NCBI GenBank assembly: GCA_045634865.1
Contig: JAZRBB010000002.1
Span: forward strand, 5,088-69,087
DNA from: Candidatus Enterousia sp.
GTDB taxonomy: Bacteria > Pseudomonadota > Alphaproteobacteria > Rs-D84
Direction of reading: 5' to 3'
DNA: 64,000 nucleotides
Positions 10,788-19,498 of the stretch are shown here, in pieces. A program made the translations under genes and the position numbers. Position 1 is the first letter of the stretch, and each line of letters begins with the position of its first letter. The notes beneath the pieces were generated by a model. It had not been told where the DNA came from. It saw only the letters and a program-made list of their open reading frames with translations, and did not search any database.

Positions 10788-10982
10788 TTATTTTAATCCA
10801 GCCTGACGAAGAACGCTGTTAGCAGTTCCCATAGGCATATCTTTTTCAGGATGTTTCACTGTAACAATTCCTGATTTGGTTGGGTGTCTAAAATGATGAT
10901 GCGAGCCTTTGCATCTGACTTCATACCAACCATCTTTTGTTATTAACGCAATTAAATCAGCACTTGAATATCTTATCGGCAT
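10788..10982 (-). CDS. hicA: HicA-family mRNA-interferase toxin
   Basis: 64 aa; motif KGSHHHFRHP...VTVKHP....PMGTANSVLRQAGL matches the HicA dsRBD-like family. Confidence 0.75.
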   Translation of the reverse strand: MPIRYSSADLIALITKDGWYEVRCKGSHHHFRHPTKSGIVTVKHPEKDMPMGTANSVLRQAGLK

Positions 10983-11396
10983 AATATGTTACCTTTCTTT
11001 TTCTTATCGTCCCTATTATATATCTTTATGTATATCTTGTCAAGTGTTTTTTCAAGTGATGATTTAAACAAAAAATCGCCAGTGGGAGATTTTTTTGGTT
11101 TTCATTATTATGTCAGTTCGTAAGTCGGATGAAAATCTTTGTTTATAATTCATATTTACTTTTTATGTATAATTGGTTATACTAGGCATTGAATCCAATG
11201 GGTATTGGGTTCGGGCTGTGGTAAGCCTTCAAAAATCCGATGCAAAAGCATCGTAATCCGATGTTTGCGGTGCTTTTTGCATCGTTATCATCCCTGATCA
11301 TTATGGTCGGGGAACAGACTTGATTTTTGGTCTTTACCACTCCCCGACCGCCAATTCTGTTGGCGGTTTAATTTTTTTATAACAAAGGAGTTGTTT

Positions 11397-12059
11397 ATGA
11401 AAAAAATTGCTTTTTATGGAATTTGCGGAATGGCTATTTCTCAGGCCGCTCTTGCTTCTAATTTTGTTGATGTTGTACATCCTTTTATAGAAGGGGGCAT
11501 AGGAATAACGGTTAATAGCCAAAAGACGGATGTGGTAGAAAAATATGGTGTCCCATACAGTACTTTTGCAGCAAACAATCCAAATTTCACTTATGGGGTT
11601 AATGCTGGTGTGCGTTTGTTGGACGATTCTTATATTTATCATCCTGGTTTCCAAATGTTTTATAATGGAATAACAGGTTCTGCAAATTTAAACGTGGCTA
11701 GTGCTTATGGCAGTACTGATTTTGATATAGATGCATCCCACAATTTATATGGTGGCGAATTTGATAATTATATCAGAGTGGAACACAATGAAAAAAGTGA
11801 TATCTTTGGTGATAGGTGGAATGGATATATTGTGCTTGGGCTTGATTTGGGCAAAATAAAATCTAAATATTCCATCAGTTTATCTGGTACAGACTTTAAC
11901 ATAAAAGACGATGGGAGTTTTTATGGTGCAAAAATAGAGTATCTTACAGAGAATAGACAAGGACTTGGTATTACGATTAGCATGAAGTTGTTAAAAACAG
12001 ATACAGAAGCATTATCAACAATGTTAATAACCCGGTGGGGGGTGAGATATACTTTTTAA
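11397..12059 (+). CDS. outer-membrane beta-barrel protein (OmpA-like/porin family)
   Basis: Signal peptide MKKIAFYGICGMAISQAALA; alternating-hydrophobic strands; C-terminal aromatic residue (..RYTF); terminator hairpin at 12117-12150. Confidence 0.6.
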   Translation: MKKIAFYGICGMAISQAALASNFVDVVHPFIEGGIGITVNSQKTDVVEKYGVPYSTFAANNPNFTYGVNAGVRLLDDSYIYHPGFQMFYNGITGSANLNVASAYGSTDFDIDASHNLYGGEFDNYIRVEHNEKSDIFGDRWNGYIVLGLDLGKIKSKYSISLSGTDFNIKDDGSFYGAKIEYLTENRQGLGITISMKLLKTDTEALSTMLITRWGVRYTF

Positions 12060-12179
12060 TCGATAAAAGTGTTCTGTTTTAACATTGCTTTTTTATGCAA
12101 ATTATGGTATAATCTTGGCAATCGGACAGACGGCATTTTGCCGTCTGTTTTTTATTATAAACAATCAAAGGAGTTATAA

Positions 12180-12785
12180 ATGGAACCAACTTATATATCA
12201 GCATTTCCAGGCATTGGCACAACCAGAATGTATGTTGGAAACGATGGAAATATTTATGAGTTTAGTGGTGGTAGCAGGGCATGGCGTAATAATAACCCTG
12301 GAAATCTGGAAGACGGAAAATTTGCACGTAATAATGGTGCTATTGGAACGGACGGCAGATTTGCAATATTTCCGGATACAACTACTGGTTTTAATGCTAT
12401 GGCTGGTTTGTTAGCAACAAGTTCATATCAAAATCTAACAATCGAAGGTGCAATAAACAGATATGCACCATCAAACGAAAATAATGTTGAAAATTACTTG
12501 AAATCCATAGAACGACAGACTGGTTTTACGCGTTCAACACCAATGAATAACCTTTCCAAAGATAATTTGCTGAATTTAGCCAAGGCGATGACTAAACATG
12601 AAGGAAATATACCTGGCAAAAAACGTTTGGTTTCTAAGCATGAAAAATATGTTTGGACAACGGTTGGTGATGACAGAGTTCAACCAGAACATGAAATACT
12701 GGACGGCAAAGTTAGAACATGGTATGATTATCCTCGGCCAGGGGAAGAATGCGGATGCAGATGCCATGCAGAAAGTTTTGATTAA
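12180..12785 (+). CDS. orphan phage MuF / SPP1-gp7-like head-morphogenesis domain protein with Gly/Asn-rich N-terminal domain
   Basis: C-terminal W.TVGDDRVQPEHEILDGKV....PRPGEECGCRC matches the PF04233 (Mu_F) signature RVRP.H..LDG..........CRC; strong RBS aaaggag. Confidence 0.6.
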   Translation: MEPTYISAFPGIGTTRMYVGNDGNIYEFSGGSRAWRNNNPGNLEDGKFARNNGAIGTDGRFAIFPDTTTGFNAMAGLLATSSYQNLTIEGAINRYAPSNENNVENYLKSIERQTGFTRSTPMNNLSKDNLLNLAKAMTKHEGNIPGKKRLVSKHEKYVWTTVGDDRVQPEHEILDGKVRTWYDYPRPGEECGCRCHAESFD

Positions 12786-13263
12786 TTTTTTCTTTTTATT
12801 GTTATGTGCGGCGTGTTCAAGACAGGTTGAATATACTGCTGTTTTTTCTGACGGCTTGCCCAAGCCAGATAAAACAGAGGTTTTTGATTTATCAGAAGAT
12901 TACGGAACAAAACAAATAGATACTTTTTATTTGGATATAAATAATGATGGTAAGAAAGACATCATCAAACGTGGACGTTTTGTGACAGGGACGGCACATT
13001 CATACACTTTTTATGATTTATATCTAGATAATGGTGAATTGCTTGCACATTTAACGACACTGGAAGGTGCAGATTGCGTATTGCGCGCTTATAAATTTCA
13101 AACGCAACCGTTTGTAATAACAAGCGCATCTAGACCTGTGGGCAAAGATTACGCTGAACCAACAAAAGCAAACCTAGAAACATTGAAAATCAAAAACAAT
13201 AAAATAGAATCTGTATCAGACAAAGAACATGGCGCAATTTGTGATGTCAGATATTTATTATAA
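12766..13263 (+). CDS. small lipoprotein, 20-nt overlap with MuF-domain gene
   Basis: Internal start MQKVLINFFFLLLCAACS gives a lipobox (LCAAC); ORF 12598..13263 upstream part lacks RBS. Confidence 0.5.
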   Translation: MQKVLINFFFLLLCAACSRQVEYTAVFSDGLPKPDKTEVFDLSEDYGTKQIDTFYLDINNDGKKDIIKRGRFVTGTAHSYTFYDLYLDNGELLAHLTTLEGADCVLRAYKFQTQPFVITSASRPVGKDYAEPTKANLETLKIKNNKIESVSDKEHGAICDVRYLL

Positions 13264-13283
13264 CAAGGTATAATTTTGCCAGA

Positions 13284-14525
13284 TTATCTGCATACTGCTG
13301 TATACGGGAATACTGACTTTTCAGTGTCTATTTCGCGGTCGCCACAATCCATACAGTTAAACATACGATTTTGGCTGTGGTTGCGGTCCAGTATAATTGT
13401 TGCGTTTTGCAATCCAGGTATGCCATCAATGCGTGATTTTTGTGTAAAACCAAAATATATTCCATGCATTGAATCTGAACAATCATCAACGCTGCCAGCA
13501 TAGCAATTTTCGTCATTTAATTTTGATGGGTCAGGTATGCAGTATGTTTCGCATGTTTCTTCGTCAACATATACCTGTTCGCAATCTGTGCAAGATATAC
13601 TGCGAACACGCAAAGTCGCACCGCCACCACGTCGTCCCTGGGCCCTGTGTGCAACACCTTCGCATTTCTTTACGGTTTTGGTCGTATTTGGGTCATCGAT
13701 ACATTCCCATTCAAGTTCGTTATAATTCAATCTGGCAATCATACCCGGGGGACATGTTTTATCAGCAAAAGGATCAACGCATTCCCAGACGTCATCAACC
13801 ATAACTGCAGTCTGATTGTTTGCACACAATGGCTTTCTGGTTTCGTCTGCAACGCAGTCCATCAATGCGGAATCCCAAATTGTATCCCCAGTACAAGATA
13901 TTTTATAGTTATAATTTATACATTGCCACCGTCCAAAACGATATGTTTTCATCGTTCCGCCCGGACACACCAAATCAGAACCGTCAACCAAAGGATAATC
14001 TATGTTTTCATCAGGTATGGTATATTGCATAATATATACCAATTGGCCGTTTGTAAGTTTGGCTGTATTTGTTATTTTATCAGGTATTGTGCGTCTGCTG
14101 ATAGAACCGGCAGAAATCAAATCAGGTTTTGCGAATATGCCAAATGTGCCAGCATCAGGATAATATTGTTCCAATATTTCCAGCATATTGTTGTATTTTG
14201 ATTCTGGTAAAGGGGTGCTGGCGGTTATTATAAAGTTATAAACAGGTGGTTTTCCAGTATAAGAATCACAAGACATAATATTGTATTTATCGTTCATACA
14301 GATATATTGGCTTGTGATTTCATAGCGTTCTATGCATGGGTCTATAAAGTTTTCGCCATACATAACGGCATTCTGTTGTGATACAACACATTCTGCCATG
14401 GACCGTAATTCAGCCTTTTTTAACGCATATTCTGTTTCTTGTTTGACGACACGCTGAGACGGGCTGGATATCAAATAGTACCCCGCCATAAACATTACGG
14501 ATAACAGGATTAAAAAAATATTCAC
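13284..14525 (-). CDS. cysteine-rich single-pass membrane/secreted protein (413 aa)
   Basis: N-terminal hydrophobic anchor MNIFLILLSVMFMAGYYLI; more than 30 Cys spread through the ectodomain; no family recognised. Confidence 0.45.
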   Translation of the reverse strand: MNIFLILLSVMFMAGYYLISSPSQRVVKQETEYALKKAELRSMAECVVSQQNAVMYGENFIDPCIERYEITSQYICMNDKYNIMSCDSYTGKPPVYNFIITASTPLPESKYNNMLEILEQYYPDAGTFGIFAKPDLISAGSISRRTIPDKITNTAKLTNGQLVYIMQYTIPDENIDYPLVDGSDLVCPGGTMKTYRFGRWQCINYNYKISCTGDTIWDSALMDCVADETRKPLCANNQTAVMVDDVWECVDPFADKTCPPGMIARLNYNELEWECIDDPNTTKTVKKCEGVAHRAQGRRGGGATLRVRSISCTDCEQVYVDEETCETYCIPDPSKLNDENCYAGSVDDCSDSMHGIYFGFTQKSRIDGIPGLQNATIILDRNHSQNRMFNCMDCGDREIDTEKSVFPYTAVCR

Positions 14526-14590
14526 CTTTCCCTCTTGCGATTTATGAAAAGTGTAGCTAATATATAATCAAAGTTCAACAGGAAAAAGAT

Positions 14591-15055
14591 ATGAAAAAAA
14601 TACTTTTATGTTTAATGCTTGCAGGATGTAGTTTTCAACCTGTGTTTTCGGGTGGCAGTACAGACGTTTATGTTGCGCCAATCAACGGTATTAACGGAAT
14701 TGAATTGCGTAATTCTTTGAACGCAAAATTTGGTGGTGCACACGAAGAATCTGCAGAAAACGCTAAATATAATTTAACTGTCAATTTGCGTGACCCAAAT
14801 ACACATTATATGGCATTGAATCGTGCAGGTGGTGCAACATGGCAAGAGGTTAAATTAAATGCTTCTTATGTTTTGAAAGAGGGTAACAAAGAAATCGCGC
14901 GTGGCAATGAATCTGCGGCAGAAAGTTACGCGATTGTTGGTTATTTGGTGGCTGCGAATGCATCTTATAATGATGCGGTATTAAATACGATTAATGTTTT
15001 GTCTGAAAAAATCAGTATGCATGTTATGGCTGAAATACGAAAACTTGAAAATTAG
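14591..15055 (+). CDS. lptE: LptE-like lipoprotein (conserved position upstream of holA)
   Basis: Lipobox LMLAGCSF; synteny lptE-holA. Confidence 0.5.
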   Translation: MKKILLCLMLAGCSFQPVFSGGSTDVYVAPINGINGIELRNSLNAKFGGAHEESAENAKYNLTVNLRDPNTHYMALNRAGGATWQEVKLNASYVLKEGNKEIARGNESAAESYAIVGYLVAANASYNDAVLNTINVLSEKISMHVMAEIRKLEN

Positions 15056-15062
15056 TTGAATA

Positions 15063-16049
15063 ATGAAGTGGAAAGAATCTGATTTTAATAATGGTATATT
15101 GAAAATCAAATCTGTTTTGATATATGGGCCAGATGCGGGTTTGGTTGATGAATTGTGCGACAAAGCAATTGATAAATTGGAAATTGAAAAAGATAATTTG
15201 TTGGCAATCGATGCAAATGAATTACGTGAAAAACAAGACGCTTTGTTTGCAGAAAGTTGCAGTCCGTCTATGTTCGGTGGCCAGAAGGCAGTCATAATTG
15301 CAGGTGCCGGGGATAGCGATACAAAAATTATATCTGATTTGGTTACGTCATCTTCTTTGTGTGCAACGGTTATAATTACTGCGGGTGATTTGCGTGTTGG
15401 TTCGTTGCGAAAGTTGTTCGAAGACGGTAAAGATATTGCCGCAATCGCTTGTTATGCTGATGATACAAAAACTCTGGAAGCATTGATACATAAAGAATTG
15501 TCGGCTGATGCCGGTATTCGTCAGGTGACCCCAGACGCGATGTCTTATATGTTATCGCATCTTGGTGGTGACAGGGGAATTACACGCAGTTTTTTACAAA
15601 AAATCGCGATATATGTTTCAGATAAACATGTTGTTGATTTGGAAGATGTTGAAAAATGTTTGCCTGATACATCTGCGTCCAGTGCTGATGATTACATGTA
15701 TTCTTTGACTGCGGGACACATCAATCAAACGATGGTTGCGCTGGACAGATTGATGTATGCAGGTGCAGATGCAAATATGTTGGTTCGTATGCTTTATAAC
15801 CATTTTACGCGGCTTTTAACAGCGGTTGTTGATGGACAATTACCAAAACTGTTTTGGAAAGTTGCAGATAAATTTAATATGGCTGTGAAAATATGGCCCG
15901 AAGCAGAAATTGTAAATGTGTTATCAAAATTAAACGAATTGGAAAAACAGTTCCGAACAAATGGTATGCAACCAGAAATTTTAATTCGCGATTTTTCATT
16001 AAAATTATCTGTGCGTGCTGCAAAATTGGCTCTAAAACGAAGGAAATAA
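15063..16049 (+). CDS. holA: DNA polymerase III delta subunit
   Basis: 328 aa; N-terminal VLIYGPDAGLV..; position after lptE. Confidence 0.7.
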   Translation: MKWKESDFNNGILKIKSVLIYGPDAGLVDELCDKAIDKLEIEKDNLLAIDANELREKQDALFAESCSPSMFGGQKAVIIAGAGDSDTKIISDLVTSSSLCATVIITAGDLRVGSLRKLFEDGKDIAAIACYADDTKTLEALIHKELSADAGIRQVTPDAMSYMLSHLGGDRGITRSFLQKIAIYVSDKHVVDLEDVEKCLPDTSASSADDYMYSLTAGHINQTMVALDRLMYAGADANMLVRMLYNHFTRLLTAVVDGQLPKLFWKVADKFNMAVKIWPEAEIVNVLSKLNELEKQFRTNGMQPEILIRDFSLKLSVRAAKLALKRRK

Positions 16050-16051
16050 AA

Positions 16052-16819
16052 ATGTTAGCATCAGTATATGCACCAAAAGATTTTAAGCGTTTACGTGTTT
16101 CTGGTGATTTAGTTGCCAGATGTTTTGATTTTATAACACCGCATGTTGTTGCTGGAACTTCCACAGGCGAAATAGACAGATTGGTTGCGCAGTTTTTGCG
16201 TGAAAATGGCGCACGTTCTTCTGATTTAGGCTATATGGGATATCCAAAAAGTATATGTACATCTGTGAACGATGTTATCGTGCATGGCATACCAAGTGAT
16301 GATGTAATATTGAAAGATGGCGATATTGTAAATGTAGATTTAACTGCTGAATATCATGGTTTTCATGCAGATGCTTCGCGTATGTTTATGATTGGCAAAG
16401 TGTCTAATCAGGCGCGCGAATTGGTCCAAACGTGTCAAGATGCTTTGAATGCGGCTATTTCCATTTGTGCACCTGGTGTTCCATTGTCAGAGATTGGCAA
16501 AACCATAGAGGCTGTTGTAAAACCACATGGTTTTTCGATATCGCGTGATTTTGTTGGACATGGCATTGGCAAAGTTATGCACGATGATCCGCAGATATTC
16601 CATTTTTATGATAAAATGTGGGACAAAGTAAAAATGGTTCCAGGATTGGTATTTACGATTGAACCAATGGTAAATACTGGTAAACCAGATTGCAAAATTG
16701 ACCCAGACGGATGGACAGCCAGAACAGTTGATGGTGGCTTGTCTGCCCAATGGGAACATACTTTGGGAATCACAGAAGACGGTGTAATAATATTCACTGA
16801 AAAAATGTTGCATGAATAA
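16052..16819 (+). CDS. map: type I methionine aminopeptidase
   Basis: ORF-track start 15893 overlaps holA; true start at 16052 (MLASVYAPKDF); metal ligands D..D..H..E..E pattern and VHGIP motif. Confidence 0.9.
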   Translation: MLASVYAPKDFKRLRVSGDLVARCFDFITPHVVAGTSTGEIDRLVAQFLRENGARSSDLGYMGYPKSICTSVNDVIVHGIPSDDVILKDGDIVNVDLTAEYHGFHADASRMFMIGKVSNQARELVQTCQDALNAAISICAPGVPLSEIGKTIEAVVKPHGFSISRDFVGHGIGKVMHDDPQIFHFYDKMWDKVKMVPGLVFTIEPMVNTGKPDCKIDPDGWTARTVDGGLSAQWEHTLGITEDGVIIFTEKMLHE

Positions 16820-17507
16820 GTTGGAGGATAAAGCATCTTTATCACTTGGTCACAGACAGCGACTTCGTCAGAAGTTTCTGGCAGGACAGTTGTCAGATAG
16901 TGAAATCGTTGAATTGCTGTTGGCTTATGCAATACCGCGATGTGATGTCAGACCTTTGTCGCGATTATTGTTGAAGAAATATGGAAGTATACATCGTTTA
17001 TTGAATGCACCGATTGATTCATTGATGGGTAATAGTGGCGTCAAAGAAAATACTGCGGTTTTGTTGAAACTTATTCATTTGATAACAAAATTGGATTACA
17101 AGGAAGTATTGGAATCAGAACCAATATTTCACGATATAAAAACTTTGGAAAACTATTGCAGGTGTGCGCTTGGTGGTAAAAGCATAGAAGAGTTTCATAT
17201 TTTATTTTTAGATGCCCAGTTCAGATTGATAAAAGACCAATTACACAGTTCTGGCACGATTGATTGGGCGGCTGTTTATGTGCGTGAAATTGTTAAAACC
17301 GCGTTAGACCTGAATGCACATAGTATTTTATTGTTACATAACCACCCGACACCAAATACTTGTTTTTCAATGCAAGATATAGATATAACACGTAAAGTTG
17401 AAGATGCACTGGCCCAGGTTGATATTTGTTTGTATGATCATTTTGTTGTTTCGGGTGATGTTGTATATTCTGCACGTAATTTACATTTTTTGGATAAAAA
17501 ACATTAA
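16812..17507 (+). CDS. radC: RadC-family JAB-domain protein
   Basis: C-terminal JAMM motif HNHPTPN....D; N-terminal HhH-like region. Confidence 0.8.
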   Translation: MNKLEDKASLSLGHRQRLRQKFLAGQLSDSEIVELLLAYAIPRCDVRPLSRLLLKKYGSIHRLLNAPIDSLMGNSGVKENTAVLLKLIHLITKLDYKEVLESEPIFHDIKTLENYCRCALGGKSIEEFHILFLDAQFRLIKDQLHSSGTIDWAAVYVREIVKTALDLNAHSILLLHNHPTPNTCFSMQDIDITRKVEDALAQVDICLYDHFVVSGDVVYSARNLHFLDKKH

Positions 17508-17514
17508 AATAAAT

Positions 17515-17979
17515 TTATTCTACTTCTGGCATTGTAATCGGTCCAGAATCAATAACATCAAAAGTTTCGTTTAAAAGATATTCGTCAGAACTACCAAGGT
17601 TTTTATTTCGCAGGTTTAATAATTCATCAACTTGGGCGCGTGATACTTGTTTTATTTCACATTGTTGCGAAAACAAGTTATCGCCATATACAACATTCAC
17701 AATAGGTTTTACCAAAGCTAACACCGCAAAAATCAAAAACAAAGATTTTGCATTATGGGATATAGTATCCAGTTTAACGCCCTTGAATATGTATAATACT
17801 GCCCAACCAAATAGCATTATACCAGTCAAAAACACAATAACAAACCATGCATAATTTAACACTGTATCAAACGCAGGAAATATACAAGCAGGATCTTCGA
17901 AAGAAATAAAACTGTCATCTATGTTGATAACTTTCAGACCTGCGTTTGTAAGTAAAGTTTTAATAGTTGCTGTGTTCAT
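17515..17979 (-). CDS. small membrane protein (2 TM)
   Basis: Start overlaps upstream acidic-protein gene stop (operon). Confidence 0.4.
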   Translation of the reverse strand: MNTATIKTLLTNAGLKVINIDDSFISFEDPACIFPAFDTVLNYAWFVIVFLTGIMLFGWAVLYIFKGVKLDTISHNAKSLFLIFAVLALVKPIVNVVYGDNLFSQQCEIKQVSRAQVDELLNLRNKNLGSSDEYLLNETFDVIDSGPITMPEVE

Positions 17980-17982
17980 ATT

Positions 17983-18906
17983 TTATTTCTTTGATGATGC
18001 ATTTGTAAAAAATCCAGGCACAGAAAAATCTTCATCATTTGCTGCAACACCGGCCCAGCCAAACAAATCGCCCAACCCTTGATCTTTGTGTTTAGATTGT
18101 TTGAACGGCAATATGTTGCGCAATTTGCCAATTTTACTGCGTCCCGAAGACTTTGTCTCAGATGCAATTTTATCTTGGGTTTCTGCGAATTCTGTTGCCA
18201 GTTGTTGTAATGTTGCATCAACATCTTCTGAAACATCGTCATCTGAATCAGATTCGTCTTGGACAACTGGCGCGACATTTTCTTCCAATACATCTTCCTG
18301 CAAAGGTGTCATCGCAGATAGCAATTTTTCCAAATCTGGTTCGCCTTCGTTTTCTGTTTCAGGGTTTTCATCTATTTCAGTTATAATATCATCAGACTTG
18401 GTTTCTTCGATAATTTCTTCGTCTGTGGTAACATCTTCTATAATTTCTGTTTCTTGTGTTTTTTCCGTTTCTGAATCATCTGTTTGTTGTTCGCTGGACA
18501 ATACAGACAGAATAGGCGCAACAGTTTCGACAGGTTCATCAACTTGTGTTTCCTGTGTTGGTTCATCGTCATCAGGTTCTTGCACTTTTGTTGATTTGCG
18601 TGCACGTTTTGCTTTTGGTTTTGGTTCTGTTGGTATTTCTTCAATAACAGTTTCCACAGATTCTATAATCTCTACTGGTTCGTCTGGATTTTCGGGTTCA
18701 ATAACAGTATCTTGAACGATTTCTTTGTCGGCATCTGTCGTGGCAGTTGTTGTGCCAAGACCTGCATCTTCCTGGTCCACAGGAACACCGAACAAAACAG
18801 TATCGGAATCAAGTTGCAAAGCATTACGAACTTCATCAAAAGCGGCGCGTATATCTGTAATGTTGAAAATCTCACTGCCTGAAATATAGATAATTTTCGT
18901 TTTCAT
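17983..18906 (-). CDS. highly acidic D/E/T-rich protein with conserved C-terminal GLGDLFGW motif
   Basis: Low-complexity acidic repeats (EPV, EIIE); plausible start MKTKIIYISG. Confidence 0.45.
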   Translation of the reverse strand: MKTKIIYISGSEIFNITDIRAAFDEVRNALQLDSDTVLFGVPVDQEDAGLGTTTATTDADKEIVQDTVIEPENPDEPVEIIESVETVIEEIPTEPKPKAKRARKSTKVQEPDDDEPTQETQVDEPVETVAPILSVLSSEQQTDDSETEKTQETEIIEDVTTDEEIIEETKSDDIITEIDENPETENEGEPDLEKLLSAMTPLQEDVLEENVAPVVQDESDSDDDVSEDVDATLQQLATEFAETQDKIASETKSSGRSKIGKLRNILPFKQSKHKDQGLGDLFGWAGVAANDEDFSVPGFFTNASSKK

Positions 18907-18987
18907 AAAACACATCCCTTACTTAATGACACCATTATATCACATTTTAGTGTTGAACGCATATAAAAAATGTCTTAAAATGCAATT

Positions 18988-19200
18988 ATGTCGGATATAA
19001 AACAGCAAATTTTTCAAGAATTGGATTCTTTGGAATCATTGGCTTTGCATTTGCGTGCAGATGCCACCTGTGCCAGCAAGCAAACAGACCTGGAAGTTGC
19101 GATTTTAAGCAAACAGGTCAAAACTTTGCGGGAAAAAAATGAACGCGCCAAAGATTTAATCGAAAAATCTGTATCTATCTTAGAGAAATTGAAAAAATGA
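18988..19200 (+). CDS. small coiled-coil protein (ZapB/DUF4164-like) upstream of zapA
   Basis: 70 aa, heptad pattern; stop overlaps zapA start. Confidence 0.4.
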   Translation: MSDIKQQIFQELDSLESLALHLRADATCASKQTDLEVAILSKQVKTLREKNERAKDLIEKSVSILEKLKK

Positions 19201-19475
19201 GTGTCGTATCAATACCTATTGTCAATAAAAACTACCCAATGGGCTGTGAAGATGGCCAGGAAGGGCGTCTGATAGAGTTGGGGCGTTTGGTTGATGCGCG
19301 CGCGCGTCAGATTTTGGATAAAATTGGTCCATTACAGGAAAGTTCTTTGTTGGCAACATTGTGTATTGTTTTGGCCGATGAAATTCAGAATAAATCGCAA
19401 AAGCCGGCTGTTTCTGATGAAGATTTACACGAAATCTTGGCCCGAATTCGTGAAATAAAACATAAACTATCATAA
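19197..19475 (+). CDS. zapA: cell division protein ZapA
   Basis: 92 aa; VSIPIVNKNYPMGCEDGQEGRLIELGRLVDARARQI resembles ZapA N-terminus. Confidence 0.6.
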   Translation: MSVVSIPIVNKNYPMGCEDGQEGRLIELGRLVDARARQILDKIGPLQESSLLATLCIVLADEIQNKSQKPAVSDEDLHEILARIREIKHKLS

Positions 19476-19498
19476 AAACCGCCTGTTTGGCGGTTGTT

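Noticed and set aside
11100-11390. Structured GC-richer leader upstream of the OMP gene (ggtcggggaa…ctccccgacc, ccgccaattctgttggcgg)
   Set aside because: Hairpins are consistent with a terminator or attenuator for the upstream hicAB region and the OMP promoter. No match to a known riboswitch or ncRNA consensus could be supported by eye.
12598-12765. Upstream part of ORF 12598..13263
   Set aside because: It lies inside the MuF-domain gene in another frame. The lipoprotein signal peptide starts at the internal Met at 12766.
13469-14201. Several plus-strand ORFs (111, 184, 62, 70 aa)
   Set aside because: All lie inside the 413-aa Cys-rich protein gene on the opposite strand and lack RBSs and start-context.
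15893-16051. 5' extension of map ORF overlapping holA
   Set aside because: The Map conserved N-terminus starts at 16052, and the extension overlaps the holA coding region.
18086-18715. 209-aa Ser/Val-rich plus-strand ORF
   Set aside because: Antisense shadow of the acidic-protein gene (low-complexity codon mirror).
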